Part shown: positions 46,317 through 61,653 of the stretch, one piece after another
How positions within the stretch are numbered: the stretch's first letter is position 1
How the letters are laid out: each line of letters opens with the position of its first letter
DNA from: Podarcis vaucheri
Taxonomy: Eukaryota
Direction: 5' to 3' (one strand)
Assembly: GCA_965113315.1 (NCBI GenBank)
Contig: OZ220377.1
Length of the DNA: 64,000 nt
Program-made: the position numbers and the translations under genes
The notes under the pieces: generated by a model
What the model saw: the letters and a program-made list of their open reading frames with translations, nothing else
What the model was told of the DNA's origin: nothing
The model's database searches: none

Positions 46317-47447
46317 AGCAGAGCAGTAGCTTGGCTGTTGGAGGAGCCTCCCACTGCAACCATGGGTTTTAAAAAAGTACTCCAACAACTATTAGATCAA
46401 AGCAGAACTAAGCTTTGACAGTGTATCCTGGACCAGGGTAAAGTTTTCTGTTTAAAAAAAAAATCACTTTGCTGCCACCTGTTTTTGTTCCTTAAAATGG
46501 GAACGGCCAGAATGGTTTGGACCTAATGGACCAAACCCTATTCTGCTTCTCCCTGGCAAAGGCAAGATTTGGCAGCTCCACCTGTATTAGCCTCCTGATG
46601 ATCTCACTGGCAGCCTGCACTTCTTCCAAATGTTTTGTAAGCAAGCAGCGTAAGGACTCATTTTTACTGCCTGGAGAGGGAGGTGTCACTTTTCTACCTC
46701 CATCACACTTCTCTTGTGTATTTGTGCTTAATTATTCCCTTGATTTCTTCACCTTCCAACATTCAGTTAATTCGGAGAACTCTCTCCTCAAACAGTCTGT
46801 GGTACATTGGGGTGTAATTGAATTGGAGACATTCACAAGAGGGAAGGCTTCATTCCTTAATCTTAGCATTTGGGGCTGTAGCTAGGCAAGGATGGATGGG
46901 CATGTGTACCTTACTAAGCATATAGACATGCAAATCTCAGAACTGGGCCCAAATGTGCCCAAGACTCTTTCATCTGGTCCTCTGGATTCTTCCCCAGACA
47001 CCATCCCTACATTGTTTTCATTTTCCAGAATGTGTTCTTGCACTCTTATAATGCCTCTTCCTTACATGGATGGAAGAGAGAAGGGGATGTGTGTGCGTAG
47101 AAACTAGTCTGCTGTACAAAGGTAAAATTTACATGAGTTATCCTCCTGCTTTTGCCTCTGACCCTGTCTTCTACTGGCATGTTGCCAGCAAGGGAATGCA
47201 GCCCTTAGACTGATGTAAATAGATACATGATAATGAGGAAATGATTACCTGCCCCCCATTGGTGTAAGGAAATGTAGCATTTTGCAGTTTGCACTGATCA
47301 GAACTTCCCTGGACACTTCTGCAGACATTTTAGGGGCCTCTAACTATAATTGCCATGAGGAGCTGATAATGCAGACTAAAAATGGACAGTTCTATGTGAA
47401 ACTGGATTCCAGATCTTGTTCATTGTTATGGAGTGTACACTGACAGC

Positions 47448-47462
47448 AATAAAGACAATAAA
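47448..47462 (+). terminator. SLC37A4 polyadenylation signals
   Basis: Tandem AATAAA at 47448-47453 and 47457-47462. Confidence 0.65.
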
Positions 47463-47639
47463 GTAGAATTAACCTATGTTCCTGTGCAGAGGCCTCTTCC
47501 TAAATAGTATTACTCCACTAGGCAGAAGCCCATAGAGATTTGCAATTTGGTTCAGGCTTTTACCCTCCCTGGATGCTGAACGCCAGATAATTCATTCCCA
47601 GCTCAAGAATCAAGTCCTTCCTCTTCCTTTAAGGAATGC

Positions 47640-47645
47640 TTTATT
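47640..47645 (-). terminator. TRAPPC4 polyadenylation signal
   Basis: AATAAA on the minus strand ~300 nt after the stop codon. Confidence 0.65.
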
Positions 47646-47947
47646 TACATTTGCAAACATACAGTGCTTCAGTTATAAATTAAAAGAATACATTGCAGCA
47701 GACATATATGTACATGCACCACTCTTGAAGGAATGGTGTAGCTCTCATGTTTCCTTTCAAGCTGCCAGCCAGCTTCCTTCAGCAGCAGCCAAGATTCAGC
47801 ACCAACCACATCCACTCAACAGCAATACTCCCTGTTCTGTGCTCTGGAATTGCAGTCAAGGTGGCTACGAACAGATGGTTGGTCATCTGTCTGACTCATA
47901 TTTTAGTTGTTTAGTCCACTGGGTGACTGAAGTGGGATAAATCCACC

Positions 47948-50900
47948 CTACAATCCTGGCCCAAAAGGCCCCGCTTTCTCTGCTACCTCCAGCGCAAGCT
48001 TCAAGTTCTGATCAAAGAGCTCACATCTGAAATGGTGAAACAAACACAAGAGAACTAGAACATAACCACACTGGAGCAGGTTTAGAACAGTAAGTCACCC
48101 ATTTTCCATTTTATTCTCAGTCTGGGATGAATGTCTGAACGGAGTGCAACTGTGTGATTCAGCATTAGTAAGGTATGAAATACCATGTCAATGCAGCCTG
48201 AAGATCAACCTTGGGGACCCTCTAGACGTTGTTAGACTCTACTCCCATCAGTCCCAACAAACATGACCCGTAGTCAGGGATGATGGAAGCTGGAAGGCCC
48301 TTACAGGCTTCCAGGTCCTGTTGAAGATGCTTCTGTTTGCTCTCCTTGATAAGCTTAACTTCTTGAATCAACACTGGCACTGTGGAAAATGCTCCCCAGG
48401 CATGAAGTGTTCAGTAACATGTCTCAGTGTGAGGGCATATAACAAACTGGAGGCATGCAGACTTACTAGGCCTCATACACTATCTAATGTGACACTACCT
48501 ATCTATTGTGATCACATTCCACAGTTGTTCATGGGATTTGCCAGCATCCCGGGGACTAAACTGAGGGGTTCAGGAGCCAGGAGGGCTTTTCTCTCTTGTA
48601 ATACTCATGTACATTGCTTTCTAAACACATGGTGGGGGGAATCAATTTTAGTAAGGGAGGGTTTTACTGTGAGAATGTGCATTTGATCTCTACCTGATTG
48701 GCATCTCCAAGGAGTAGAAAGGATTTTTCAGAGCAAAGTCTGAATAAATCTCATAAATCTTGCGCAGAAGGGAATCTATCCCAGACTGCCGTGGATCAGC
48801 AAGCACCACAAATTTTATCCCTGAGGATATGAAAAACAGAGTTAGAGCAAGCCACATCCAAAGCAACACATACAACTGGCTTGAGTGATTTTAAAATGCA
48901 CAAAAAGGTTCATTCCTTGTCATTCTTCCTCAATAAAGACCCTGCAAGGCAAAGGCAGATATCAAATGCCAGGTACCAGGCAGATGGAACAGCAAAGGAA
49001 GAGAAAGTTAACTATTAGCTACCAAGGTTTTGTTGGTTTTAAAGCCCTACACAACTAGGGACCAGGATAGCTAGCAAGCTCCCAAGGACACCCTGCAAGT
49101 CGTTCCACCATCACTGGATTGCCACTTGGTAATGCGGAAACAGGCCTCAGTGATGACTCCCACCTTTTGCAATGCCTTACCTTGGGAAATTTATGGAGAC
49201 AGTAATGATATTTAACTGCCTCTTAAAACATTTGTTTACCCAAGCTTCGTTGGACTCCTGACTCTTACAATTTTAATTCTATTTTGTGATACACACTTTT
49301 ATTTTTAGGTAACTTAACTGATTGGGAGTTTTTTTGTTGCTTTTTATAAGCTACTTCTACTACTTATTATTATTAATAATAATAATAATTACATTTGTAT
49401 AATGCTCTTCACCTTGAAAATGAACAGCAGTTCACAACATAAAATTACAAAATAAAATTATAAGAACACTAGATTAATAATAATAATAAACAACTCCCTG
49501 GGGAGAGACTATTATTAGATTAAACGGAAGAAACATTTTATTTTTTTGTAAACCACTTGTGATTTTTGTATAATGAAGTATACTTAATAGTTATTAAACA
49601 TTTGTCTTTTACCACTTCTCCACAAAGAGTAGCACTTCTAGGAACATCCTCACTGAATGTAGCTGCAGAACTTTACTAGCTGAAGTGGGGTCTGCTGTCC
49701 ATACTAACTAAAGGTCAAGAAATGCAGATATTATAAAAGAAGCAATACCTGTTAGAGTCTGAAAACAGTGTAGCTTGAAAGTATCGGTCTCTAGCATCTC
49801 GATTCCAGAGCTCCCCTGCTCGGGAGACAGTTGGGACCCAATCGCAAACAACCTGCGCATAAAACAGAGCCCCAAATTGTACCAACTGATGAAGTGCCTT
49901 CTCTATATCAAAACCAGTCAACCCCTCTCCCTTTCTGGGTTCTGGCAAACATCTCATCCACCCCTGACTCACGAGTGGAACATGGAGGCCAGCATGAGCT
50001 TCTCATTGGATGACAGTCGGGGGCGACCAAAGCGGATTGACACTGGGTAGTTGGATGGGTTGCCCAGGAACTCCAGCACATCCCTGCCGTCACCAGTGTA
50101 CCTTCCGTTGACATCAATGCCGTTGATGGCAAGCACAGCATGGCCCACTGCAAAGAAGGGAAGAGGCAGTCACCATTCAATACTCCCTCTCACCCGGCAC
50201 TGGCAAGCCTTCCTGCATCAGTAACTTCCCTGTCTCTCTCACACTTGGAAGCTCTGCCAATCAGTGGAGTAAAGGAGCAAGAGCAGCTCCAGTATACAAT
50301 GTCATTTCCTGGAGCAGAATTTGCCAGTGACATAACCTGAGATGGGTGGTGGGTGTTAGGTCTGACCAGGTTCAGCTTGGGATCCCTATCTTAGGTAGGC
50401 AAAGCTTAGCCACTGAACATCTCTGAGCCACCCTGCGATCTTTAGGTTTAAGGTGGTGTGGTAAATAAATAAATAAACAAGCAAATAAATAAAACCTTTG
50501 GGAGCTGGTCAAAACGTTTTACTATAAATGTCACACCTGAGGCTAAAAACCCTCAGAAGCATAAATGTACAGTGGTATCTCTGGTTATGTACTTAATTCG
50601 CTCTGGAGGTCCGTTCTTAACCTGAAACTGTTCTTAACCTGAAGCACCACTTTAGCTAATGGGGCCTCTTGCTGCTGCCGCACCGCTGGAGCACGATTTC
50701 TGTTCTCATCCTGAAGCAAAGTTCTTAACCCGAGGTACTATTTCTGGGTTAGCGGAGTTGTTCCCCCTCCATGCCGCAAAAAGCCCAATTCCCTGATCCC
50801 TTGTGAGCCACCCTTTGCCAGAGGAGCCTAATAAAGTGGACATGGTTCAGGTGTGCGCTGCCACCGAAGCTTTTTCAGCTCAAGGAGCAGCTGTCATGAG

Positions 50901-51538
50901 TTCCGTCTCCCCTTCAATGTCCAAAGGCAGCAGAGGCACCAGAATATTAATATTATTATTAATAATTATTATTTATTTATATCCCGCCCATCTGGCTGGG
51001 TTTCCCCAGCCACTCTGGGCGGCTTCCAACCAAACACTAAAATACAATAACCTATTAAACATTCAAAGCTTCCCTAAACAGGGCTGCCTTCAGATGTCTT
51101 CTAAAAGTTTGGTAGTTATTTTTCTCTTTGACATCTGGTGGGAGGGCGTTCCACAGGGCGGGTGCTACTATCGAGAAATAAAAAATTCGGGGGTAGGTGG
51201 GGGGAAGGCAGAGTGGGGAAAGTATACTTATTGGGGGGAGGGGGAATACAGCGCGTGTTAACGAAATGGGGGGGCCCTCCGCTCGTCCCCCTCGGGCGCC
51301 GCCTGTGTCGAAAGGGCCCACCCCCCGGGGCCGCTCCTTTGCCGGCTGCTTCCCGCCCCTCACCGCGGATGCCGTCGCGCTGCCCGAAGGAGACGAGGAC
51401 ATGCTCGTCGTGCGGGCGCAGCACCAGCTCGAGCGGGAAGCTGAAGGTCTTCTCGGTCTCGGCCCTCGGCGCGTAGTGGTCCAGCTGGTAGATGAGCCCT
51501 CCGGCCTTGTTCACCACATACACGCTGAAGATGGCCAT
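47948..51538 (-). CDS. TRAPPC4: Trafficking protein particle complex subunit 4 (synbindin), 219 aa, 5 exons
   Basis: Exons: 51364-51538, 49973-50147, 49749-49852, 48694-48820, 47948-48026 (660 nt). [20 protein letters not shown]...[31 protein letters not shown]. Confidence 0.97.
50570..50757. mobile_element. Truncated pogo/Tigger-like MITE
   Basis: TA-CAGTGGTATCTC terminus like the other MITEs; repeated GTTCTTAACC; no right terminus found. Confidence 0.55.
50946..51172 (-). mobile_element. L2/CR1-group LINE 3' end with (AAT)n-type tail in TRAPPC4 intron 1
   Basis: Minus strand encodes [13 protein letters not shown]...[11 protein letters not shown], typical of an L2/CR1 ORF2 C-terminus, followed by a 3'UTR and an AT-rich microsatellite. 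Confidence 0.75.
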
Positions 51539-51719
51539 CGCGGCTTCCGTCTGACGTCACGCCGCTCCCGCCCAGCTCCCCGCCTGAGCATCTCTTCCGG
51601 TGCCGCCCCGGAAGGGACCCTCGGCTACGGGTTTTCCCGGCCTGCCCACACAGGCGCCTTCCTTTCTGGCCGGAAATCGCTGAGGGAGAAGCAGCGACCG
51701 TAGCCGCTCCGACAGCACC
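51539..51719. promoter_or_regulatory. Compact bidirectional promoter of TRAPPC4 (-) and RPS25 (+) with 5'TOP/TCT tract
   Basis: CRE TGACGTCA 51552-51559; several ETS/GABP CCGGAA motifs (~51594-51614, 51670); pyrimidine tract CCTTCCTTTCT 51657-51667. Confidence 0.85.
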
Positions 51720-54089
<2,370 letters not shown>

Positions 54090-55120
54090 AAGGTGAGCTG
54101 TTTCTCAGTGCTGGCAGTATGGCTTGGTGGAATTCTATCATGGCAGTTATTTAACAGGCAAATGGTTCTAATTAATTTATCTGTTTGTTTTGCAGGTTCT
54201 TGGGAGGTTTTTTAAGACTCTGTAAATGACTAAAATAAAATAATTTCAACTCCGGAGGTTTTGTGTGCTTTTCTGCTCAGTGGAGTTAAGTACAGCTTTG
54301 TTTCTAATAGGGACCATAGGCAATCAGTCATTGAAAAGCCTTCACTCATTTTCATACCAGGCTGGCCTGCAAGTGCATGGCTATGTACTTTAAAATTATG
54401 TCCCGGGCCCATGACATAAAACATGCAGATTCTACCAGTCTTTGTTTTTACTGTGCCAATGAGGCTATCATGGGAGCTATTTATAAACAGGCTTCTAGTC
54501 TCCTTATAACAGCATAGATTATTAGATCATAGTGGAGGGATAAAGGACTCCCAGCTGTCCAGATTTAAAGGCCCTGATGCAGGAGGGTTCTGATGAAGAG
54601 GTGGTGCTTAACCACCCACACAAGCAGCCAAGACATTGTGCAGTGTAGGGGGTGTTCAGTCCAGCAAGGTATCAAGGAGCTGAGAGCTGTTGAAGTGAAT
54701 CCTCTGCTTGTAGGAAATGGAGACCTGGCATTGAAGCAGGCCTGCATTATACCATATTCCTACTGGATACTGTGCAAACAGAATGTGGAATGCTTATCCC
54801 TTTGGGGTAAATGTGGCTTGTTGCACAAAGTGAGCTAGTGCCTTTTAATTAAAAAAAAAGGGAGAATAATCCCTCAGAACAGCCAGGGATAAGAACATGT
54901 TCCCAACTTTTACAATAACTGCCTTAGAGGAGCTCTCTGTTTAAGATAGATGAGTTGAGATGAGTAGAATTTTAAAACACGTTTTATATTTAATGATACT
55001 TTACTACAGAATAACCACATGATACTTGCTGACATACAGAATGTTCAAAAAGAAAAGTCTTCATCTGGCCTCTTCTCAGGCTGCACAACCTTCTGTAATT
55101 GAATCAGGCCTTTCTTCCCT

Positions 55121-58100
55121 TCAGTCAGTTTGTTGCCGTTTCCTTTTAGGGCCAGGATGTTTCTGTGCTTCAGATTTGAACTGATGTCTAGAAAAAGTAT
55201 GGTTAATAAAAGAAGCTTAAAAGAATGAACCAGCCACCACTTCAATTGCAGAGCCACCCTGTTCATTCTCTTACAAATGAGTGTATTGCCAATTATCATT
55301 TTAATTGGGGGGCAGGGGGAGAATAAACTCCCGTACCATATATTTTTCAAAGTGTTAAATCAAATTCACCAAAGGCCTGGATAAGCAGGTGTGTTTTGAC
55401 CTGACCTTGAAAGACATAGAGACAATTGACATTTGCAAAGAGGGGAATTCTAATTGGATACAGGGAAGGCGCTATCACTGTTCAGCAAGAAGTCCTCTAC
55501 CCTGATCTCAGGGCAGGTGATAAAGAGAAATGTACACCATCAGGGACTAAAGGCTCTATGTATCAATAATGAAACCTTAAATTGGGCCCAGTAACATATT
55601 GGCAGCCTGTGCAGATCTTGCAGAATAGGTGTTGCTGCATAGGTCCAGGGGGGAAAAGCTAAATTTTCTGGACCATTATTCAAAGGTAGTTCTATGGAAA
55701 CAGATTATAGTAATCAAGACTCCCGGTTATCTGAGCATGCAGCACTGGGCAGACTATATTTAGAAACAGCCATAGCTAATAAAAGGCACTTCTTGCCATT
55801 TTGTCAATGAAAGTGAAGGGAAGTGACACAGGTCAGTTAAAAAAAGAGAAATAATATACCAGGTCAGATAACATCAGTAACAAGTACTCTACTTAAAGAT
55901 AAAACTAAAATTTCTGTGGCCAACCAGAAAGCGTTCATTTTGCAAAGCCCCAGTGTATGTTCAAAATGCTGGAGTTGAAGACTCAACTAGTATGTGCTAA
56001 ACGTTTGGGAATAAGTGCCTTGTAGGATTCAACCAAAGATCCACCACATCTGGTTTTCTTTGTAAGAGCCCAAGGTGCTAGAGAGCCAGCTACAGAGCCT
56101 ACCATGTAAAAGCTGCTGTATTGTCCACCATTAAATACAGATACATTATAAAGGAAGCAAATGTGCACAGAGGCTTACCTGGACTGCCACCTCCTGCCAT
56201 GGTTCCAAACCCGCCCAAAGGAGGGGAGCCACCCTTCTCCTGTCTGAGAGGTGTGATCGAAGTTGGCACCAACACGATTAGGTGGGAGCTTCTTCAGCTT
56301 CTGTTTCTCCTCTTTAAAGAAAGGAGGGTGGGGAAAGAAATCATTTTCAAGCCTCAATTGGAGTCCTAATCTCACTTTGATTTCCAGCAAGTGAGCTGTG
56401 TCATAATAAAGAGTCCCAACTACAGGGCCAAATTTCTGCATACTCACTTTCCTTGAGAAATTCTTCGTAAGAAGGTCCAATCTGTGGTGTGCTTTCCCCT
56501 TCCTCCTCCATCAGCCAAGGGGGTTTGGCCCCTAAAGTATGGAAGGGTGACAAGTTAGAGCAGCCCCATTCTTCTTACCTCTGTGTCAAATGGCAGCCTC
56601 CCCATCTGTGGGGCCATTATCTTTCCAGAGAATGCAATATTTTTTACCTTCCTGAACAAGGGTTGAAACCTCCATGGGAATGTAGTGGGAATGTAAAAAA
56701 AAGTAAAGAACTTCTGGGAAATTATATATAATGAGATGAAAAATATGTTGAAATATACATTTTTTTAAAAAACCAGAAGCATTTTTACTTTGTATTATAG
56801 GTCAGGACATTAATAGGCAAGATGTTAAATAGTTTTTATATGCAACAACTGCAGCAAGAGCCCAGTTAGCCCAGAAATGGAAACAAGAAGAAATTCTGAC
56901 GAAAGAAGAATGGCAGACGAAATTAATGGACTATGCAGAATTGGACAAAATGACAGGAAGGATTCGAAACCTGTGGGACCAGAGATTTACAGAAGATTGG
57001 AAGAAATATATGAATTATTTGAAGAGCAACTGAAATCAAATTACGCTAGTAGGACTACAAGAAGTTTTGTAAGGAGAAATATAGGAAGTGTTACAAAGTA
57101 GAAAAAGACAGAGATATTGGTTATGAGTTTGAAATGTAATAGGGAAGATAAGAAATGCATACTGAGAGATTAGATTGGGAAAATTTTCAGACAAGATTGA
57201 TGGAAGTCAAAAAATTGAATAAGATTTAAAAGTAAGTTTAATTACTGTTGAAAATGATATGTTAAAAAAAACTAATAAAATTATATTTATAAAAAACCTC
57301 CGTGGCAGAGCACATGCTTTACATGCAAAAGGTACAAGGTGCAAACCCTGGTGTTTACAGGTAGGGCTGGGAAAGATTCTGGAACCTCAGAGAGCCACTG
57401 TTAGTCACAGAGTCAACCATGTTGGGCTAGATGGACAAGTGGTCTGTGTAAGGCAGCTTCCTATGTTTCTGTTAACGTGGCTATTCTTAAGAATCTGTAT
57501 TTTTGGGCATTCTCTATTTGCAACCACAGTCAGGATCTTTCTCATGTAAGACCAGAGTTTATTAAACCTCATCATAAGACAGGTCAAAATCGTGTTTTAG
57601 AAAGTGGAGCAATCAAATCTTTGCTAGCATACCTGTGTAAATGTTGCCGCGCTCTGCTGGTTCCTGTGTTCAAAAAAGCAAAGGGAAAACCAAGGTAGAA
57701 ATGATTTAGAGAAGAGGAAGTATATAAAGAGGCAGCTGCCATTGCTGCAAAGAAGGAGCAAGAGTTGCATTTAATTATACAGTACAGCTTTTAAAGGTAA
57801 TGTAACTCCCGATTCCAATTCCCCATGTTCACAAATTTATTAAATTTGTATACCACCCTACTTCCACAGATCTCGGTGGTTCACAACATAAGCCGAATCT
57901 TGTATCAAGCTGGGAAAGGGGCATATCCTATTATGTGCAATAAAGGTTAAGGACCGCCAAACTGTTCGCTGGTCTGCCACTGGTGTAGGAGCTCTGCCAC
58001 TCAAGTCAGAAGCCATTCATGGCAGTACAAGGCACCTGCAGTGGATTGTTTTTCTTATTCAAGAGATTTATATTCTGCTTTCTAAAGAAAATCTTCAACC

Positions 58101-61100
58101 AGGTAGACTACAATCATTTTTTTAAAAACTATCTCAGTATTACCCAACCATTTAACACAATAAAATCCGTGCCACCATGAGAATAAAGTGTAATTATACC
58201 CTCGTTAGCTATATTCATCCAGAACCCCAAACTAAAAGGCTTTCGAGGACAAATGGGTCATTGTGAAGAGATGAAGTGGGCTCCCATCTGCCTACCTGAT
58301 GGCCAATAAAAGTTAAAGACTGTCCTGCTTCCTGCCACTCGGACTCTGGCACAGTTCTGTATGCAGATCCAGGGTGTCCTTCAAGAAATGCCACGTTTCT
58401 GCTTGGCCCAGGCTGCTGCTGTTCTTCCGTGGCAAAAGCAGAGTCACTACAACACAGGAGAATGTCTCGAGTAAAGCAGAAAGTATATGGGCACATTTTG
58501 GTACCCAGGGATTGAAAAGGCCATATTACAAAGGGAAGAAAGGGGCCATGGTGTATGGAGTCATTAAGGCCTCTAAAGTAAACACCACTGATAACCATGA
58601 CTAAACAACTCTTACCTTGGGCTTCTTGTAAAAGCATTGGCGGTGGCAGCTCCATTGCACAGCTCTGTCTCTGCCTGTTGCTGAGTTTGATTCAGGAAAA
58701 AACACTTGTTTCAAGATACCATAGTAAAGTCTGCTCTGTAGGACAACCTTGGAATGAAATCTCTACTAATAAGGTGGACCAATGCCCATCAAGAGATAAT
58801 GGCAAAGAAATGCTCTTGCGTTGGAGGGAAATGGGGGTCTGCAAATAAGCTTTGGCCACAGATGCCCTCTAACCAACACTTAAGGTGTGGACATATCAAG
58901 GAAAGGAAGCTCATTAGGTGGAATATTTTAATGCTTTATTGTCAATAGAGCAAATAGTGGCCGGTAAAGGACTTTGCATTTTTGGGGGGGGGGAGTCACA
59001 GAAAGGGCATTCAAGAGGTGGGGGTGCCCCAGACCACAAACAACAGCCAGGCGTTTCTGCTCTGTGCTAACAAAGGGGGTTAGGAAAGGAAGGCCATAGA
59101 AATGAAATCTCAACTGGACATGAGAGATGAGATGTGCTGCTTGTATAGTCACTGCTGGGGACATTCACCACCTTCCCTAGTGGTTGAAAGAGAAATCACA
59201 TGTTTCAGGGCAACAGCACAACTAGAGAGAAAGGCAAGGGGCACAGAAACAGTTGTGAACGTAATGGTGGATACTGCCCATGTGCATCCTGGGCACACAA
59301 ACCTCTAGGGCAGCCTGCACTACTTCTTGCCGTCTCTGCTCCACCTCTCTGATGCGAGCAGCCACCTGGAATTGGGGTAGGCAGAAGAAACAATGAGAAC
59401 CTGAAGCAGAGGAGAAACCCAAATTCCTACCCCCCCACACACAAACACATTATTGTCCTCACCTCTTGAATGAGTTCATCTTCTTTTTCCTCATAAGCTT
59501 CCAGAGCTTTGGAGAGTGATGCCTTGAAGCTGAAACAGATTATAGTTATATCAATTTGTAGAGCAACAACGTGAACCGAGGCAGTGGCCTTTTGCTGCCT
59601 CTACCACAGAAGACAGGTGGTGCAACAACAAGAAAATCTAAAACGATTTTACAGAAAAATTATTCCAGCCTGAATGAGTAATTACTTTGGGAGCCCCAGC
59701 AGTGCAGGAGGAACAGTATCAAAGCCCTGAAACGACCAGGTACGGTCAACACCTAACCCTGTCCCACCATCAGGCCCTCTAAGTATTTGATGAAGGCTGT
59801 TGAAATTAGGCCAAGGGTGTCTCTATGGCTGCAGATTGCCCACTAATGATCATTCCCACGTGGAACAAGATGGATGAATGGTCTGACTTGGCATAAAGCA
59901 GCTTCCTTCTGTGTCAAAGAGGTGGAATAGCTAATCTAGCAAACAAAATGCGACATAAACTAACTGGCAAAGCGTCTACTCACAGCTCATAATCCTCAGA
60001 AGAAACCAAGAAGCGTGACTTCAGGCTAGGGTCTGCTTTGTTCTCCCACCAGAATGCATAGACTGCTTTCTTATGTTCAACGCTTGAAAAGGAATAAAAG
60101 ACCAAAACACCTTAAGAGTGAGAAAGGCACAAACTTTTAACAGGACTGCCCAGGCTACAGTTCTTATCCAGTTCTGAGGATAATCTCAGAGGAAAACAAC
60201 TTAAGCAATTCTGCGTGCTGTGAAAGATGTCTGTATCAGAAGCCAAGGGCAGGCACGGACACTCACAAAAAGGGCCTCATTACAAGCATGGAAAAATCAA
60301 ATTTGATTCCACTCAAAGTCATATCCACATTTAGAACTATGTCAGTTTTTTACTCACTCCCAGGAGCCTAATTACCAAAGAAGAGGCCAGCGGAGTAGTT
60401 GTTTGGGGTATGTGTGTGACAACTATGAAAAATATGCTCCACTGTTTCCTTAATTGGAAGAAAACTGGAATGTACTTGCAAATAGTATAAACAAGGTGAC
60501 TCTGAAAACAGCCAGTTTTGCTTTGACTGCTGTAAACTGCCACCAACTTACTATGATTCCCACGTTTCAGACTGCAAACTGGGTTACTGATACAATCCAG
60601 TATATAATTGATTGGCTATGAAAATTGCTTGTGCACCTTTCTCCTTCAAAAATAACTGTGTTACGATTAGTAGGTAAAGCAAATAAAAGCAAAATGCAAA
60701 TAAGGAAGCCAAACAAAGCTATTCATGTTCCAGACACCCCCACCTCATGCTCCAGGCAAGAGGTGGCCTGCCTGAGTGAAGACTCTTCTCCAAGCTTACC
60801 TGGCCATGTGCTGGAGGAGGCCGCCATGCAGCACAGCCAAGGACCCCTGGCTCAGGTGCAACTTCACCTCCTGCCTGCAGCAAATGCACCAGAAGTGCCG
60901 CTCGTGCTCCCCAGGGTCAAAAGGCACCACCAAGGCCCGCTTGAGCATCTTCCGCGCTGCGGCCACCTGAGCAAAACGCAAAAGAGAAGCAAAAGTGAGG
61001 AGAAGATAAAAAATACTTGTGTGAAGGGTAGCTCAGTTGGAAGAGCGTAAGCCTCTGAATCTCAGGATCGGGGGTTCAAGCCCCATGTTGGGCAAAAACA

Positions 61101-61653
61101 TTCCTGCAATGCAGGGGGTTGGACATGGGCGTAGCCAGGATTTTTGTTAAAGTGGGGGAGCCAAAATTGTTGAACCTTTAAGAGATCAGCCAAAGTTGAG
61201 GCCTCTGCTGGGGGGGGCAGAACCTCAATTAATTGAGTACTTTCAATCATTTTTGTGCCCCCCTTGGGGTTGGACTAGATGACCCTGGTGTTCCCTTCCA
61301 GCTCTATGACCCTGTGAAATCTCTCTGGAGAGCAGCTAGCGCCCTTTCGGACCGGCTGCAGAACCAGCCCCCCCCACCCGCCCACTCCTTGCTCCTCCTT
61401 GGAGAGGCCACCCGCAGCCGGGCAGGCAGAAATGCGAAGGGTGCAGCCTTTCACGAAACTCGGCCCGGCTGCCTTCGGGCACTTCACCCGACCCCCCGCG
61501 CCCACCCCTGGGGCTCCGGGGCCGTACTTTCTCCTTCAGGCGGGCGAGCGCCCCGCGAAGCCGCCTCTGGTGCCCCGCGCTGTAGAGGTGGCTGCGCCGA
61601 CCGGCGAAAGCGCTGCACCGGCAGAGCGGGCAGCGGAACAGCGTCGTCGCCAT
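55121..61653 (-). CDS. CENATAC: Centrosomal AT-AC splicing factor (CCDC84), minor-spliceosome subunit, ~350 aa, 11 exons
   Basis: Exons: 61528-61653, 60800-60966, 59984-60082, 59463-59529, 59303-59365, 58616-58680, 58296-58446, 57633-57663, 56448-56531, 56179-56311, 55121-55187 (1053 nt). Zinc fingers CPLC...H.YS..HQ and WCICC...H; FWWENKA; GNIYTGAKPPWL; [11 protein letters not shown]; [14 protein letters not shown]; [21 protein letters not shown]. Confidence 0.93.
56660..57290 (+). mobile_element. Degenerate L1-like LINE 3' fragment in CENATAC intron 8
   Basis: Frameshifted remnants ([26 protein letters not shown]) similar to the 62624-62878 ORF; A-rich tail. Confidence 0.75.
61025..61310 (+). 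mobile_element. tRNA-derived SINE interrupted by a 141-bp insert (61125-61265)
   Basis: Head gggtagctcagttggaagagc...ggttcaagcccc; GGGGTTGGAC duplicated at 61115-61124 and 61266-61275 around the insert. Confidence 0.75.

Noticed and set aside
57923-57930. ATATCCTA U12 donor-like motif
   Set aside because: It lies on the plus strand, antisense to CENATAC, with no plus-strand gene here.
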